Source of the DNA: Spirochaetota bacterium
GTDB lineage: Bacteria; Spirochaetota; UBA4802; UBA5550
NCBI GenBank assembly: GCA_050298055.1
Contig: JBNKTL010000023.1
Location: 19,855-83,854 of the forward strand
DNA: 64,000 nt
Direction of reading: 5' to 3'
The number at the start of each line of letters is the position of its first letter. The stretch's first letter is position 1. Positions 38,803 to 48,498 of the stretch are shown in pieces. The notes under the pieces are model-generated. The model was not told the DNA's origin. It was given only the letters and a program-made list of their open reading frames with translations, and ran no database searches. Position numbers and translations under genes: made by a program.

Positions 38803-40068
38803 ATGGCAATGACAATAACGGAAAAAATTCTGGCAAAGGCTTCAGGCAGGGAGAGTGTCAGGCCCGGTGAAATCGTAAGTGTCAGGCCTCACTGGATAAT
38901 GGCTAACGATGCCACAACTCATATATCCATTGATATCTTTGAAAATCAAATTGAGGCGGAGAAAATATCTGTGCCCGAAAGGACTGTCTTCATCATAGAC
39001 CACAATGTGCCGGTCAATGACATAAAGACAGCGGAGGTCCATTCAAAGATGAAGTGCTTCGCGGAGAAGCAGGGCATAAAAAACTACCATAACGGCGAGG
39101 GTGTCTGTCACCAGGTTCTCCTTGAGAGGTATGCTTTACCCGGTGATATTATCATCGGCGCGGATTCTCACACCTGTACTATGGGCGCCGTGGGAGCATT
39201 CGGAACGGGCATGGGATCAACGGACATTATTGCCGCAATGACCACAGGTGAAACATGGCTCAGGGTCCCCGAATCGATCAGGGTTTATTGTGAGGGAACA
39301 TTTGAGAGGGGCGTATTTGCAAGAGACCTGATCTTAAGAATAATCGGGGATATGAAATCCGACGGGGCCACCTACCGCGCAATTGAATTCACCGGGCCTG
39401 CCGTGAAAAACATGTCTCTCGGTGAACGGGCGGTCCTGTGCAATATGGCTGTTGAGGCGGGAGCAAAAAACGGTATTGTTGAAGCGGATGATAAAACTCT
39501 TGAGTTTATGAAAATAAATGGAAGAGACTTTTCCGGTGAGATTTTTCAGAGCGATAAGGATGCAAAGTATTGCAATGAATATAAATACAATCTTGCGGAT
39601 ATTGGTCCTGCTGTTGTCTTTCCCCATAGTGTGGATAACTATCATCCGGTCAGTGATGCTGTTGGCCGGGGCATCAGGATAGACCAGGGATTCATCGGGT
39701 CGTGCAACAATGGAAGGATTGAGAACCTCAGGGAGGCCGCTGATGTTTTAAAGGGAAACAGGGTCAAGAGGGGAACAAAGCTTCTGATCTCCCCTGCTTC
39801 TCAGAGCATTTACCGGGAAGCAGCCAGGGAAGGTCTCATGGAGATATTTATTCAGGCGGGGGCAACTGTCCTGAATCCCAGTTGCAGTTCATGCTGGGGG
39901 GGCTGCCAGGGAATTCTTGCGGCGGGAGAGAACGCTGTCTCAACAGCCACGAGAAATTTCCGGGGGAGGACAGGTTCTCCCGATTCAAAGCTTTACCTTG
40001 CATCGGCGGCAACGGTTGCGGCTTCCTGTATACAGGGAACTGTGGCGGACCCCAGGGAATATTTGTGA
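38803..40068 (+). CDS. LeuC/HacA/DmdA-family aconitase-like large subunit
   Basis: MTITEKIL, DH, GVCHQ, GADSHTCT, IGSCNNGR, PSCSSCWG and RNFRGR. Confidence 0.92.
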   Translation: MAMTITEKILAKASGRESVRPGEIVSVRPHWIMANDATTHISIDIFENQIEAEKISVPERTVFIIDHNVPVNDIKTAEVHSKMKCFAEKQGIKNYHNGEGVCHQVLLERYALPGDIIIGADSHTCTMGAVGAFGTGMGSTDIIAAMTTGETWLRVPESIRVYCEGTFERGVFARDLILRIIGDMKSDGATYRAIEFTGPAVKNMSLGERAVLCNMAVEAGAKNGIVEADDKTLEFMKINGRDFSGEIFQSDKDAKYCNEYKYNLADIGPAVVFPHSVDNYHPVSDAVGRGIRIDQGFIGSCNNGRIENLREAADVLKGNRVKRGTKLLISPASQSIYREAAREGLMEIFIQAGATVLNPSCSSCWGGCQGILAAGENAVSTATRNFRGRTGSPDSKLYLASAATVAASCIQGTVADPREYL

Positions 40069-40095
40069 AGTTTTGTGAAATACCAGGTTTCGTTT

Positions 40096-40126
40096 CCGGG
40101 AAACGGCCTTTACGGCCGTCTCCCGG
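40096..40126. terminator. GC hairpin between convergent genes
   Basis: CCGGGAAACGGCC-TTTAC-GGCCGTCTCCCGG. Confidence 0.55.
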
Positions 40127-40137
40127 TATAGTCTCTC

Positions 40138-41721
40138 TTAATAGGGAGTAAATGTAATCACTGTCCCTGAAGCCGGGAAACTCGCAACATTGAGAGTTGA
40201 ACTTCCGGGGACCGATGAAGAACCCGTAAGGCCGTCAATGTAATTTGGTTCCAGGATCGCTTCTCCCTTAATCCCGATGGAAGCGGAATAATTGTATGTC
40301 CCGCCGAAGAAGGCCGTATCATAAACAAACTCTATCACATTGCTTGTCTCGTAGAGCCGAAGCTGAAAGGTTGCCCATGTTGTCCCTGTTGAATCACCGT
40401 AGGGACTCACCTTGTTCCACTCGATGATAAAGACCCTGTTGGGCGCGGTGCCCTGGGTCAGGTACCTGATCCGTCCCATGGGCCCCGATGAATAGACAAG
40501 TCTCAGGTCGTCCCACCAGAGAGCAAGGACGTTATTCGGGTTGCTGGTTGTATACAGGTAGGTATTTGACCAGCAGAGTAAACTTGTCCCGAACTCCGCA
40601 ATTCCCTTTGTGCTCACATGAATATCCGTATAGGGACTTCCCATGTAGTTAAATGTAAAGGGCAGGGAGATGGTAGTTATCACGTCCCCCGCGTCATAGG
40701 CCCATATGTCAACTGCTCCCGGCAGCCCGATGATGGATGTAAACGTTCCCGGAGAAGGTGAAGGCGGGCTGTACTGGGTATCCGCCTGGACCGTGTCCAT
40801 ATTCATATTCGTGCCCGTAACATCAGATGGGTTAATTGCATTGTAAACAGGGTCTGAGGTCACGGTACCGGTTACGATAGTAAAGGACTTGTTCGTGTCG
40901 ACGGTTGAATCCGCCACACCCTGGATGGACACGGTTTTCGCCATGAACCAGTTTGACGCGTTGAATTCAACCCGCGCGGTTGGACAGTCACCGTCAGGCC
41001 CCAGGACATCCCCTGAGACCAGGACTACTGCTTCTGCGGGTGTGTCGCTTTCCAGGCAGACCTTTAACAGGCTCTGGGGCTGGGACGCCAGGGAAACAGA
41101 AAATGACGATGTTGTACCGGATTCATTAACGGTAATGCCCGATACGGGGGAGACGTTTATTCCCGCGGACACGTCATCATCCGTGGTTATCCCCCCCACG
41201 TCTGCGGGATCAACCCTGTCAAACTCACTGTCCGTGCTGATAGTACTCTGTGTAATAATGGTAAACCCGGTATTGCCGTCGGATTGGGCATCGTCCACAC
41301 CGGCTATTATCACGGTTTTCGCGTGGTTCCAGTCAAGGGGAGTAAACTCCACCCTGGCAGAAACACAGTCTGTGTCCGGACCCAGCACGTCACCGCTGAT
41401 CACTATTTCTGCTTCCGTGGTATCGCTGCTGGAAAGACATATTTTAACATTATCGGCGGGCTGACTATCAAGAACAATGGTAAAGGAATCAGTTGTTCCG
41501 GTTTCGCTTACGCTCAGGGACGTTCCGGTCACCGTTACAATACCATTTCCCGGATTTGATGTTGAGGTTCCGTTTGTGGTTAAATTATCCGGATCAACGG
41601 GGTTCTCAATTCTTTCACATGATGCTGAGATGATTGTGAGAGTTGTTATAAGTATAAAACCGATTATACTTCTGAATGATACATTTTCCTTCCCTTCAAA
41701 TAACTTGCTTAATATTTTCAT
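40138..41721 (-). CDS. Surface lipoprotein with two Calx-beta/Ig-like repeats and a NIDO-like C-terminal domain
   Basis: ISASC lipobox; duplicated V.E.GTT.SF...L.SQP...K.CL.S...SGDVLGPD.DC..ARVEF...W..AKTV; LPFTFNYMG..Y and WDDL, FIIEW, TFQLRLYE. Confidence 0.75.
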   Translation of the reverse strand: MKILSKLFEGKENVSFRSIIGFILITTLTIISASCERIENPVDPDNLTTNGTSTSNPGNGIVTVTGTSLSVSETGTTDSFTIVLDSQPADNVKICLSSSDTTEAEIVISGDVLGPDTDCVSARVEFTPLDWNHAKTVIIAGVDDAQSDGNTGFTIITQSTISTDSEFDRVDPADVGGITTDDDVSAGINVSPVSGITVNESGTTSSFSVSLASQPQSLLKVCLESDTPAEAVVLVSGDVLGPDGDCPTARVEFNASNWFMAKTVSIQGVADSTVDTNKSFTIVTGTVTSDPVYNAINPSDVTGTNMNMDTVQADTQYSPPSPSPGTFTSIIGLPGAVDIWAYDAGDVITTISLPFTFNYMGSPYTDIHVSTKGIAEFGTSLLCWSNTYLYTTSNPNNVLALWWDDLRLVYSSGPMGRIRYLTQGTAPNRVFIIEWNKVSPYGDSTGTTWATFQLRLYETSNVIEFVYDTAFFGGTYNYSASIGIKGEAILEPNYIDGLTGSSSVPGSSTLNVASFPASGTVITFTPY

Positions 41722-41995
41722 TACGCTATCCTCGTTTTATGGGGCCTCCTCTGACGTACTCATATTTCCTTTTCAGGATTAGTGTTTCCAATTACTTAAT
41801 ATATAGTAAATTTCGAAAATGTGTATATTTTTTTGGGAAAAAATGTAATTTTTTTAATTTTCTTCATAATTTGTTTATTCAGTTTTTTCTATAATTTCAT
41901 GATTGGAATGAGAAGGTCTACGACCTGTTAGGTGGTCTTTTAATAATCTGGTTGATCCTGTGATCCTGTCTATTCGGAATGAGCATAATATTTTA

Positions 41996-44167
41996 TTACA
42001 GCGAAAAGTAAAATGTTGCGCCATGGCCGGTCTTTCCCTCGGCCCAGGTTCGCCCCCCATGCCGGGCAATAATGCGGCGCACATTGGCCATTCCGATACC
42101 GGTTCCCTCGAACTCCTCAGCATGGTGCAGGCGCTGGAATACGCCGAACAGCTTGTCCGCGTAGTCCATGTCGAACCCGACACCGTTATCACGCACAAAA
42201 ACCACGGTTTTGGAGTCCTGGCCGGGAAGCGATCCGATTTCAATTCTGGCCTGCTTCCGGGGCCGGGTGAATTTCAAAGCATTGGAAATCAAGTTCACCA
42301 TGACGGTCCGCAGCATGGACTCATCGCCGCTGACCACAGGAAGATCGGCAATATGCCAATCGATGTTTCTTTCAGCGGTATCCGGTTCACATTCATGCAG
42401 TATTTCGCGCACCAGCCTCCCCAGATCGACCTGTTGCACTGCCACGGCATGGTGCCCCATCCGGGAAAAGGAGAGCAGATCGTCGATCAACCGTCCCATT
42501 TTTTTTACCGCATCGGAAATAATCTTCATGTAACGCCGGTTCTTTTCGTTAAGTGTTGTTCCCGCGTTCTCTTGCAGCATTTTCAGGAAACCGTCAATAT
42601 GGCGAAGAGGCGCCCGCAGGTCATGTGAGACCGAGTAGGCAAAGGCCTCCAGTTCTTTGTTGGCGGATTCAAGTTGCGCGGTCCTGCGCCGGACACGCTG
42701 TTCCAGTTCCCGGTTAAGCTGGCGGATCTCCTCTTCCGCCCGCTTGTGCTGAATGGCCAGCGCATAGAATTCGGCAATACGGTTGACAGCGTCTAAATCC
42801 CGGTCCGTATAAGGATGGCTTGAATTCCAGAGAGCAATAAGTCCTATCAGTTCCCCTGTCAGTAAAACAGGAACCGCTAAAAATTTTTCAATGACCGGAT
42901 GCCCTTCCGGGACACCAGACGATGCAGGATGTTTTGACGGAGCATTGGTATAAAACGGCTCCTTTGTTTCCTGAGCATGACGACACAATCTGTTATGGAG
43001 ACCAACATCACTTCGATAATCTATTATATTACTCAACTCTTCTTCCGGCAGTGAGCATCCGGATCGCATCACTTTCGTAAAAGAAAAGGCGATATGATCT
43101 CCGCTTACCGGGTCGATCTCAGCAACGTAGCCCTGAGCGCTGCCGGTCAACTCACTGCTTTTCTCCAGTACCAGGTCCGCGATTTCCCCGATGCCTGTCC
43201 CGGGACTCACAAGAGGTACATACAGTGATGAGAGCGCCTTATTAATATCCAGGTTCCAGGCAATTTTATCCTCCGACTGCCTTCGTTCGGTAATATTCAT
43301 GTGAATCCCAACCAGCCGCAGCGGCCTGCCGTCAGAATCGTATTCGACGACTTTCCCGTGGTCCTGCAACCAGACCCAATCCCCTGTTTTACTGCGGGCG
43401 CGGTATTCGTCAATATGGTAGTAGGGGTTCCGGCCGGCCACGTGATCATCAAAGGCTTTTCGCTGCTTTATTCTGCCCTCCGGGTGTATCCATGACCACC
43501 AGGTCTCAGTATCTATCTTTATTTCATCCGGCGAGTAGCCAAGCATTTCAAGCCAGCCGTCATCAACAACAAGTGTATTTTTTTGAATATTAAAATCAAA
43601 AATACCGAGACCCGCGCTTTTCAGGGCCAATTGCATCCATTCTTCCTTTTCCCTCAACCTGTTCTCAGATGTTTTTAACGCGTGCTCCACCTTCTTGTGG
43701 TCCGTAATATCCCTGCCGATACACCGGTATCCCAAAAGATCTCCGTTCTCATTAAGTATTGGTACGCCCCTTGTTTCCACTAAAACATTTTCATCGTTTT
43801 TGTGGATACAATTCATTACAAATTGTGGAATTTTCTTTTTTGAACGGGCTATATTTGAGAACTTTTTTCTTATTTTTTCCGCCTGCCGTGGTACCGTAAA
43901 ATCAAAGGGTGTTTTTCCAAGGATCTCTTCCGGGTCATATCCCAAAACATCCCAGACTTTCCTGCTGGAATACGTATAAACGCCATTCTGATCAACTTCC
44001 CATATCCAGTCACTGGTTATCTCCGCCAGGGAAGAAAATCGTTCTTTGCTTTCTTTAAGAGATTTTTCGAGGTTTTGCTGTTCAAGTACGGTCTTATCCA
44101 ACTCTTGTACTTTTTGGATTAGTTCTTCATAGGTCGGCTTATCAGTCATTTTACGATTCTCTGCCAA
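41996..44167 (-). CDS. Cytoplasmic PAS-PAS-GAF histidine kinase
   Basis: Two PAS/PAC domains, GAF, ELEAFAYSVSHDLRAPLR, NLISNALKF, DNGVGF and GTGIG. Confidence 0.93.
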   Translation of the reverse strand: MAENRKMTDKPTYEELIQKVQELDKTVLEQQNLEKSLKESKERFSSLAEITSDWIWEVDQNGVYTYSSRKVWDVLGYDPEEILGKTPFDFTVPRQAEKIRKKFSNIARSKKKIPQFVMNCIHKNDENVLVETRGVPILNENGDLLGYRCIGRDITDHKKVEHALKTSENRLREKEEWMQLALKSAGLGIFDFNIQKNTLVVDDGWLEMLGYSPDEIKIDTETWWSWIHPEGRIKQRKAFDDHVAGRNPYYHIDEYRARSKTGDWVWLQDHGKVVEYDSDGRPLRLVGIHMNITERRQSEDKIAWNLDINKALSSLYVPLVSPGTGIGEIADLVLEKSSELTGSAQGYVAEIDPVSGDHIAFSFTKVMRSGCSLPEEELSNIIDYRSDVGLHNRLCRHAQETKEPFYTNAPSKHPASSGVPEGHPVIEKFLAVPVLLTGELIGLIALWNSSHPYTDRDLDAVNRIAEFYALAIQHKRAEEEIRQLNRELEQRVRRRTAQLESANKELEAFAYSVSHDLRAPLRHIDGFLKMLQENAGTTLNEKNRRYMKIISDAVKKMGRLIDDLLSFSRMGHHAVAVQQVDLGRLVREILHECEPDTAERNIDWHIADLPVVSGDESMLRTVMVNLISNALKFTRPRKQARIEIGSLPGQDSKTVVFVRDNGVGFDMDYADKLFGVFQRLHHAEEFEGTGIGMANVRRIIARHGGRTWAEGKTGHGATFYFSL

Positions 44168-44404
44168 TAGAATAATGAAAAAAGCCTGAAAATTTATGAC
44201 ACAACAAATTTATCTTAAAGGCCATTATTATATATATAAATTTCTTTTTATGTCAAATAAAATTGACCTCTAAAAAATGTTTATATCATGAAGATACAGA
44301 TTCATCCGGTATCATCTGTTCTGTTCATTATTAAAAAATTGATGGGAAGGGTTTCAGCGAAGGAATTTTTGTGTTGTTCTCTTTCGTCTTTCCGGAAGTC
44401 CTCT

Positions 44405-45172
44405 TTAAGCGTTCAATATCTCCACAACCTCACCGTGGATCGATTCCGACGCCGCGATGATACTGTTTGTTTTTATACTCACCTCCCGGCCCTGGAAGTC
44501 GGTTACCCGGCCCCCGGCACCCCGTATCACCGGGATCACCGCCTGGGCGTCCCAGACCGACATAACGGGATCGAGCATAATATCGGCAAACCCCCCGGCC
44601 AGCAGGGTATATCCGTAACAGTCCCCCCATGTCCGGTAGAGTTTCACCCGGGTAAGGAGCTTCTCAAAGTTTTCCCCCTTCTGGAAGGCGTGAACGTGAA
44701 GATGGTCCGTAGTCAGCAGCACCGCCCGGGAGATATCATCACACTGTCTCAGGGAGGCAGGAACGCCGTTTATGGTAGTGGTTTTATTATCGCCAATGAC
44801 CAGTTCCCCGGAAAGGGGATTATAGATGACGCCCAGTCCCGGAAGGTCATTTTTTAAGAGGGCCATAAGGGTCCCGAAGAGGGGGACGCCGCTTATGAAG
44901 CTTTTTGTTCCATCAATGGGATCGATGATCCATTTGTATGGGGAGCCGCCAACAGTCTCTCCGTACTCTTCACCAACAATTGAGTGGCCGGGAAATTTTT
45001 CGCCAATTGTTTTTCGCAGATAGAGTTCGACCTCCCTGTCCGCAAGGGTAACGGGAGAGAGGTCGTTTTTCAGTTCAACATCCGGGCTCTTGCGGTAATA
45101 CTTCCTCACGATCTCCCCGCATTTTTCAACGAGAGCGGGGATTATTTTTTTCGCTTCTTCAACGGTTTCCAT
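44405..45172 (-). CDS. hisN: Histidinol-phosphatase (inositol monophosphatase family)
   Basis: SPVTLADRE, GEEYG, WIIDPIDGTKSFISGVPLFGTL, GDCYGY and WD. Confidence 0.8.
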   Translation of the reverse strand: METVEEAKKIIPALVEKCGEIVRKYYRKSPDVELKNDLSPVTLADREVELYLRKTIGEKFPGHSIVGEEYGETVGGSPYKWIIDPIDGTKSFISGVPLFGTLMALLKNDLPGLGVIYNPLSGELVIGDNKTTTINGVPASLRQCDDISRAVLLTTDHLHVHAFQKGENFEKLLTRVKLYRTWGDCYGYTLLAGGFADIMLDPVMSVWDAQAVIPVIRGAGGRVTDFQGREVSIKTNSIIAASESIHGEVVEILNA

Positions 45173-45322
45173 TTACTCCTCCCGGTAGTCTCCTTTGTGT
45201 TTCTTTTTCCGGGTATACCTGCTTTTGTCCCTGATGACCCGGGGGGCCTTGGTCTTCAGGCGTATCCCCCTCCTGATCCTTTTCAGGATCTCCTTTACCT
45301 GGTTTTTCTCCTCTTTACTCAC
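45173..45322 (-). CDS. 49-aa basic ArfA-like small protein
   Basis: Manual translation MSKEEKNQVKEILKRIRRGIRLKTKAPRVIRDKSRYTRKKKHKGDYREE. The GTG overlaps the rmuC end, GGAG lies upstream, and the TAA abuts the hisN ATG. Confidence 0.7.
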   Translation of the reverse strand: MSKEEKNQVKEILKRIRRGIRLKTKAPRVIRDKSRYTRKKKHKGDYREE

Positions 45323-46580
45323 TTTCGTTCTCTCCGTTTAGCTCTAAGGGCAGTCTTGCCTGCTGCTCTATTCCCGGTATCTCACCGATATCTGTTGACC
45401 CGGCGCCCAGCTCCTTCAGCTTGCGGGCCGAGGGAAGCACCCGGGTCTCCATGGACCCTACGGCCCTGTTGTAGCTGGTGACGGAATCGGTCAGTTTTTT
45501 CCCCACCTCCGCGAAGTGGTTGGTGAAAACTCCAAACCTGTTGTAGAGTTCCTTTCCCTGGTCGGCGATCTTCCGGGCATTCCGGGAGAGACGAAGCTGC
45601 ATCCAGCCCATGGACGCCACCTTCAGGAGAGCAAGAAGTGTGGCGGGGGATACGATGATCACCCTGTTGGCCAGGGCGTCCTCCAGGAGCGACGGGTCCT
45701 CGGTAAAGGCGGCGGAAAGACCCGACTCGTAGGGGACCAGCATGACAACAAATTCCGGCGATGAGGCGAACTGGGCCCAGTATGCTTTCTGGGCCAGGGA
45801 CTTCATATGGTTCCTGAGAGAGCGGGCGTGTTCTCCCAGCTTGCTCTTCCTGATATTTTCATTATCGGCCTCATGGGCATCGAGATAGGAGTTCATGGGG
45901 ACCTTGGAGTCAACAGGGATGATCCCCTCCCCCGGCATGCGGATGATCATGTCGGGCTTTCCGGTCCCGCCCTCGGCCTGTATCTGCTCGTTGAAATCCA
46001 CATGCTCAAGCATCCCCGCCATCTCCGCTATCCTCCGGAGCTGGACCTCTCCCCACTTTCCCCTCACCGACGAAGACTTCAGGGCCTGGGAAAGGGTGAC
46101 CGTGGCGTTCCGGAGCTCGCCCTGGGCCCGGGAGAGTTCCACAATATGGGTCTCAAGAGTTTTATACGCACCCTCCCGCTTCTCCTCCAGCGCCCTCACC
46201 TGCCTGTCCAGCTTTTCCAGGTCCTTCTCCAGGGGATTGACGATATTCACCATTTCCTGCTTCTGGGTGTTCCAGTCCCCCTTCATCACCCTGTGTATGG
46301 TCTCCATCTGCTCCTTGGCCTGGTTGATGAACTGCGTGGAGTTGTTCCTGAGGGCCTGGGAGGCAAGGGCATTGAATGAATCCCGGAGCTTCTCCTCGGC
46401 ATTTTCAAGCCACCTGAATTTCTCCCGGTCGGCTTCCCTCTCCTTCCTGAGCCCTTCGATGGCGACCTGGTAGCCTGTCCTCTCGGCGTTATATCTGCTC
46501 CCCATGAGCGCCCATGTGAGAAGGAAACCTGCCACAAGACCGCCGGTTACTGATACTGCTATGAGAATTTCGGGACCCAT
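45315..46580 (-). CDS. rmuC: DNA recombination protein RmuC
   Basis: RGKWGEVQLRRIAE.AG, KPDMIIRMP...PVDSKVP, SPEFVVM and SPATLLALL. Confidence 0.93.
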   Translation of the reverse strand: MGPEILIAVSVTGGLVAGFLLTWALMGSRYNAERTGYQVAIEGLRKEREADREKFRWLENAEEKLRDSFNALASQALRNNSTQFINQAKEQMETIHRVMKGDWNTQKQEMVNIVNPLEKDLEKLDRQVRALEEKREGAYKTLETHIVELSRAQGELRNATVTLSQALKSSSVRGKWGEVQLRRIAEMAGMLEHVDFNEQIQAEGGTGKPDMIIRMPGEGIIPVDSKVPMNSYLDAHEADNENIRKSKLGEHARSLRNHMKSLAQKAYWAQFASSPEFVVMLVPYESGLSAAFTEDPSLLEDALANRVIIVSPATLLALLKVASMGWMQLRLSRNARKIADQGKELYNRFGVFTNHFAEVGKKLTDSVTSYNRAVGSMETRVLPSARKLKELGAGSTDIGEIPGIEQQARLPLELNGENESE

Positions 46581-46875
46581 ACTTTTTACTCCTTTAAAAC
46601 CCTGTTCCGGGCCTGAGCATATCAGGCAGGAACCGCTCTTCTTTCACTTTATCTGCTTTAAATATGACATAATATATTTAAAGCTGCATTTATTTGTCAA
46701 CCCTCTTTGCCCGGAAAATCTCCGGAAGAAGATGCTGTTTTTATTAATACTCACAAGGAGTGGAAAACATTAAAACTATTTAATACTTTAAATAAATATT
46801 TGATAAAAAATTGTCACGGATTATCATAATCGCTGTAACAGTATACAGGATAAAATGATAAACAGGAAATGAAAG

Positions 46876-47754
46876 ATGTTCAACCCATTTAAAGAAATCA
46901 AACGGGATTCCATCAGGGAAACTCAACTGATACCAAGGGTCTTAAACGGGGACAGGGACTCTCTGGAGTCTCTGATACTTCTCCACCAGGCATGGATATA
47001 TAATCTTGCCTTTTCAATGACCGGGAATATTCACCTGGCAGAAGATATTACCCAGGAAATTTTAATTAAAATTATCACTAAATTGTCTTCCTATGACAGT
47101 TCCCAATCATCATTCCGTACATGGTTATACAGGATAGTTGTAAATCATATAATAAATATGAAGAAAAATAAAAATGAAGAAATTTTTTCAAGCATTTCAA
47201 GCTTCAATGACTACTCTGATTTTATTGACCGGCAGCCCGATAAACGAAAATTTTCTCAACCGGATTTTAAAATTTTAGAAGATGAGATAAAAACAACCTG
47301 CTGTCTTTGCATGCTTTTATGCCTGGAACGGAGAGAAAGGATCGTATTTGTATTGGGAGTAATTTTTAATGTAAAAGATGAGCCCGGCGCTGAGATTTGT
47401 GAAATATCAAAAGATAACTTCCGCAAAATTTTATCAAGAACACGTAAAAAAATTTATAAATTTTTCTCTCATAACTGCAGTCTCTTTAAAGATTCAAATG
47501 TTTGTAAATGTTCTGATCAAACAGAGAATTTCATAAAAACCGGCGCTATTGATCCTGATGACCTGCTTATCAAGAGAGATTCTTATGGAACGGTGAAAGA
47601 GGTTCTGGGGGAGTGTATTGATGAGATTGAAGATTCATATTATGAATTTAACGCACTTTTTAAAAGTCAGAATTTTTTAAAGGGACCGGCTCTGGTGGCC
47701 TGGTTCCGGGATTTACTCAACAAAAGTAAATTTAAAAATTTATTTATTCAATAA
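46876..47754 (+). CDS. ECF sigma factor with Cys-containing C-terminal extension
   Basis: AEDITQEILIK, SSFRTWLYRIVVNH, FRKILSRTRKK; extension CSL....VCKC. Confidence 0.88.
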   Translation: MFNPFKEIKRDSIRETQLIPRVLNGDRDSLESLILLHQAWIYNLAFSMTGNIHLAEDITQEILIKIITKLSSYDSSQSSFRTWLYRIVVNHIINMKKNKNEEIFSSISSFNDYSDFIDRQPDKRKFSQPDFKILEDEIKTTCCLCMLLCLERRERIVFVLGVIFNVKDEPGAEICEISKDNFRKILSRTRKKIYKFFSHNCSLFKDSNVCKCSDQTENFIKTGAIDPDDLLIKRDSYGTVKEVLGECIDEIEDSYYEFNALFKSQNFLKGPALVAWFRDLLNKSKFKNLFIQ

Positions 47755-47768
47755 GAAGGATATTAATT

Positions 47769-48203
47769 ATGAACAGAGAACTGGTCTCCCCCTGTGGTCT
47801 TTATTGCGGTGTGTGCGGGATATACTATGCAACCAGGCATAATGACATGAAACTTAAGGAGAAACTTGCCCGGGCCTATCATGATACGGTAGATCAAATC
47901 AACTGTCATGGCTGTATGTCAGATACTGTTTACTGGTATTGTGAGCATTGTGCCATAAAAAGCTGTGCAATTGAAAAAAAATATGAAGGCTGTAATGAAT
48001 GTGCTGAGTTTCCCTGTGATAAGGTTGAAAATTTTCCGGTACCTGAAGGGAAAATGCATATTTTACGGGCTGTTCCCCGGTGGAAAGAGTCAGGAACTGA
48101 AGAGTGGATCAATGAAGAAGAAAAACAATTTTCCTGTAAGAGCTGTTCAACGCTGCTTTTCAGAGGTGCGAAAAAATGCCGTAATTGTGATACTCTGCTT
48201 TAA
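47769..48203 (+). CDS. DUF3795-family Cys-rich protein
   Basis: PCGLYCGVC, CHGC, CEHCAIKSC, CNECAEFPC and a terminal CxxC..CxxC. Confidence 0.85.
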   Translation: MNRELVSPCGLYCGVCGIYYATRHNDMKLKEKLARAYHDTVDQINCHGCMSDTVYWYCEHCAIKSCAIEKKYEGCNECAEFPCDKVENFPVPEGKMHILRAVPRWKESGTEEWINEEEKQFSCKSCSTLLFRGAKKCRNCDTLL

Positions 48204-48498
48204 AAAGATCCTTTAACAGAAGGAGATGAAGATCATCCGTACTAAAATATCTTTAAACTGATTGCCGTACTTAAGCTCACATTTGAATAAAAATTTTCAT
48301 CTGTCATTTTTTGAGGCTGTTCCTGCGATCTGAAATCAATCCTGAATTCAAAAATAGTCCATTTAATATATCTCCAATCCCTCGTAAATCCAAAACCGAG
48401 TAGAAATTCACTAATAAAAACTGGTTGAGTTTGAGTCAACAATCCGCTAAAATTTGCACATATAAGGAAGAAACATTAATAAGGTTTAAGGAGGTCAG

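Noticed and set aside
48242..48442. 66-aa minus-strand ORF resembling a beta-barrel C-terminal remnant
   Set aside because: No RBS or recognisable family; cannot be distinguished from a chance ORF.
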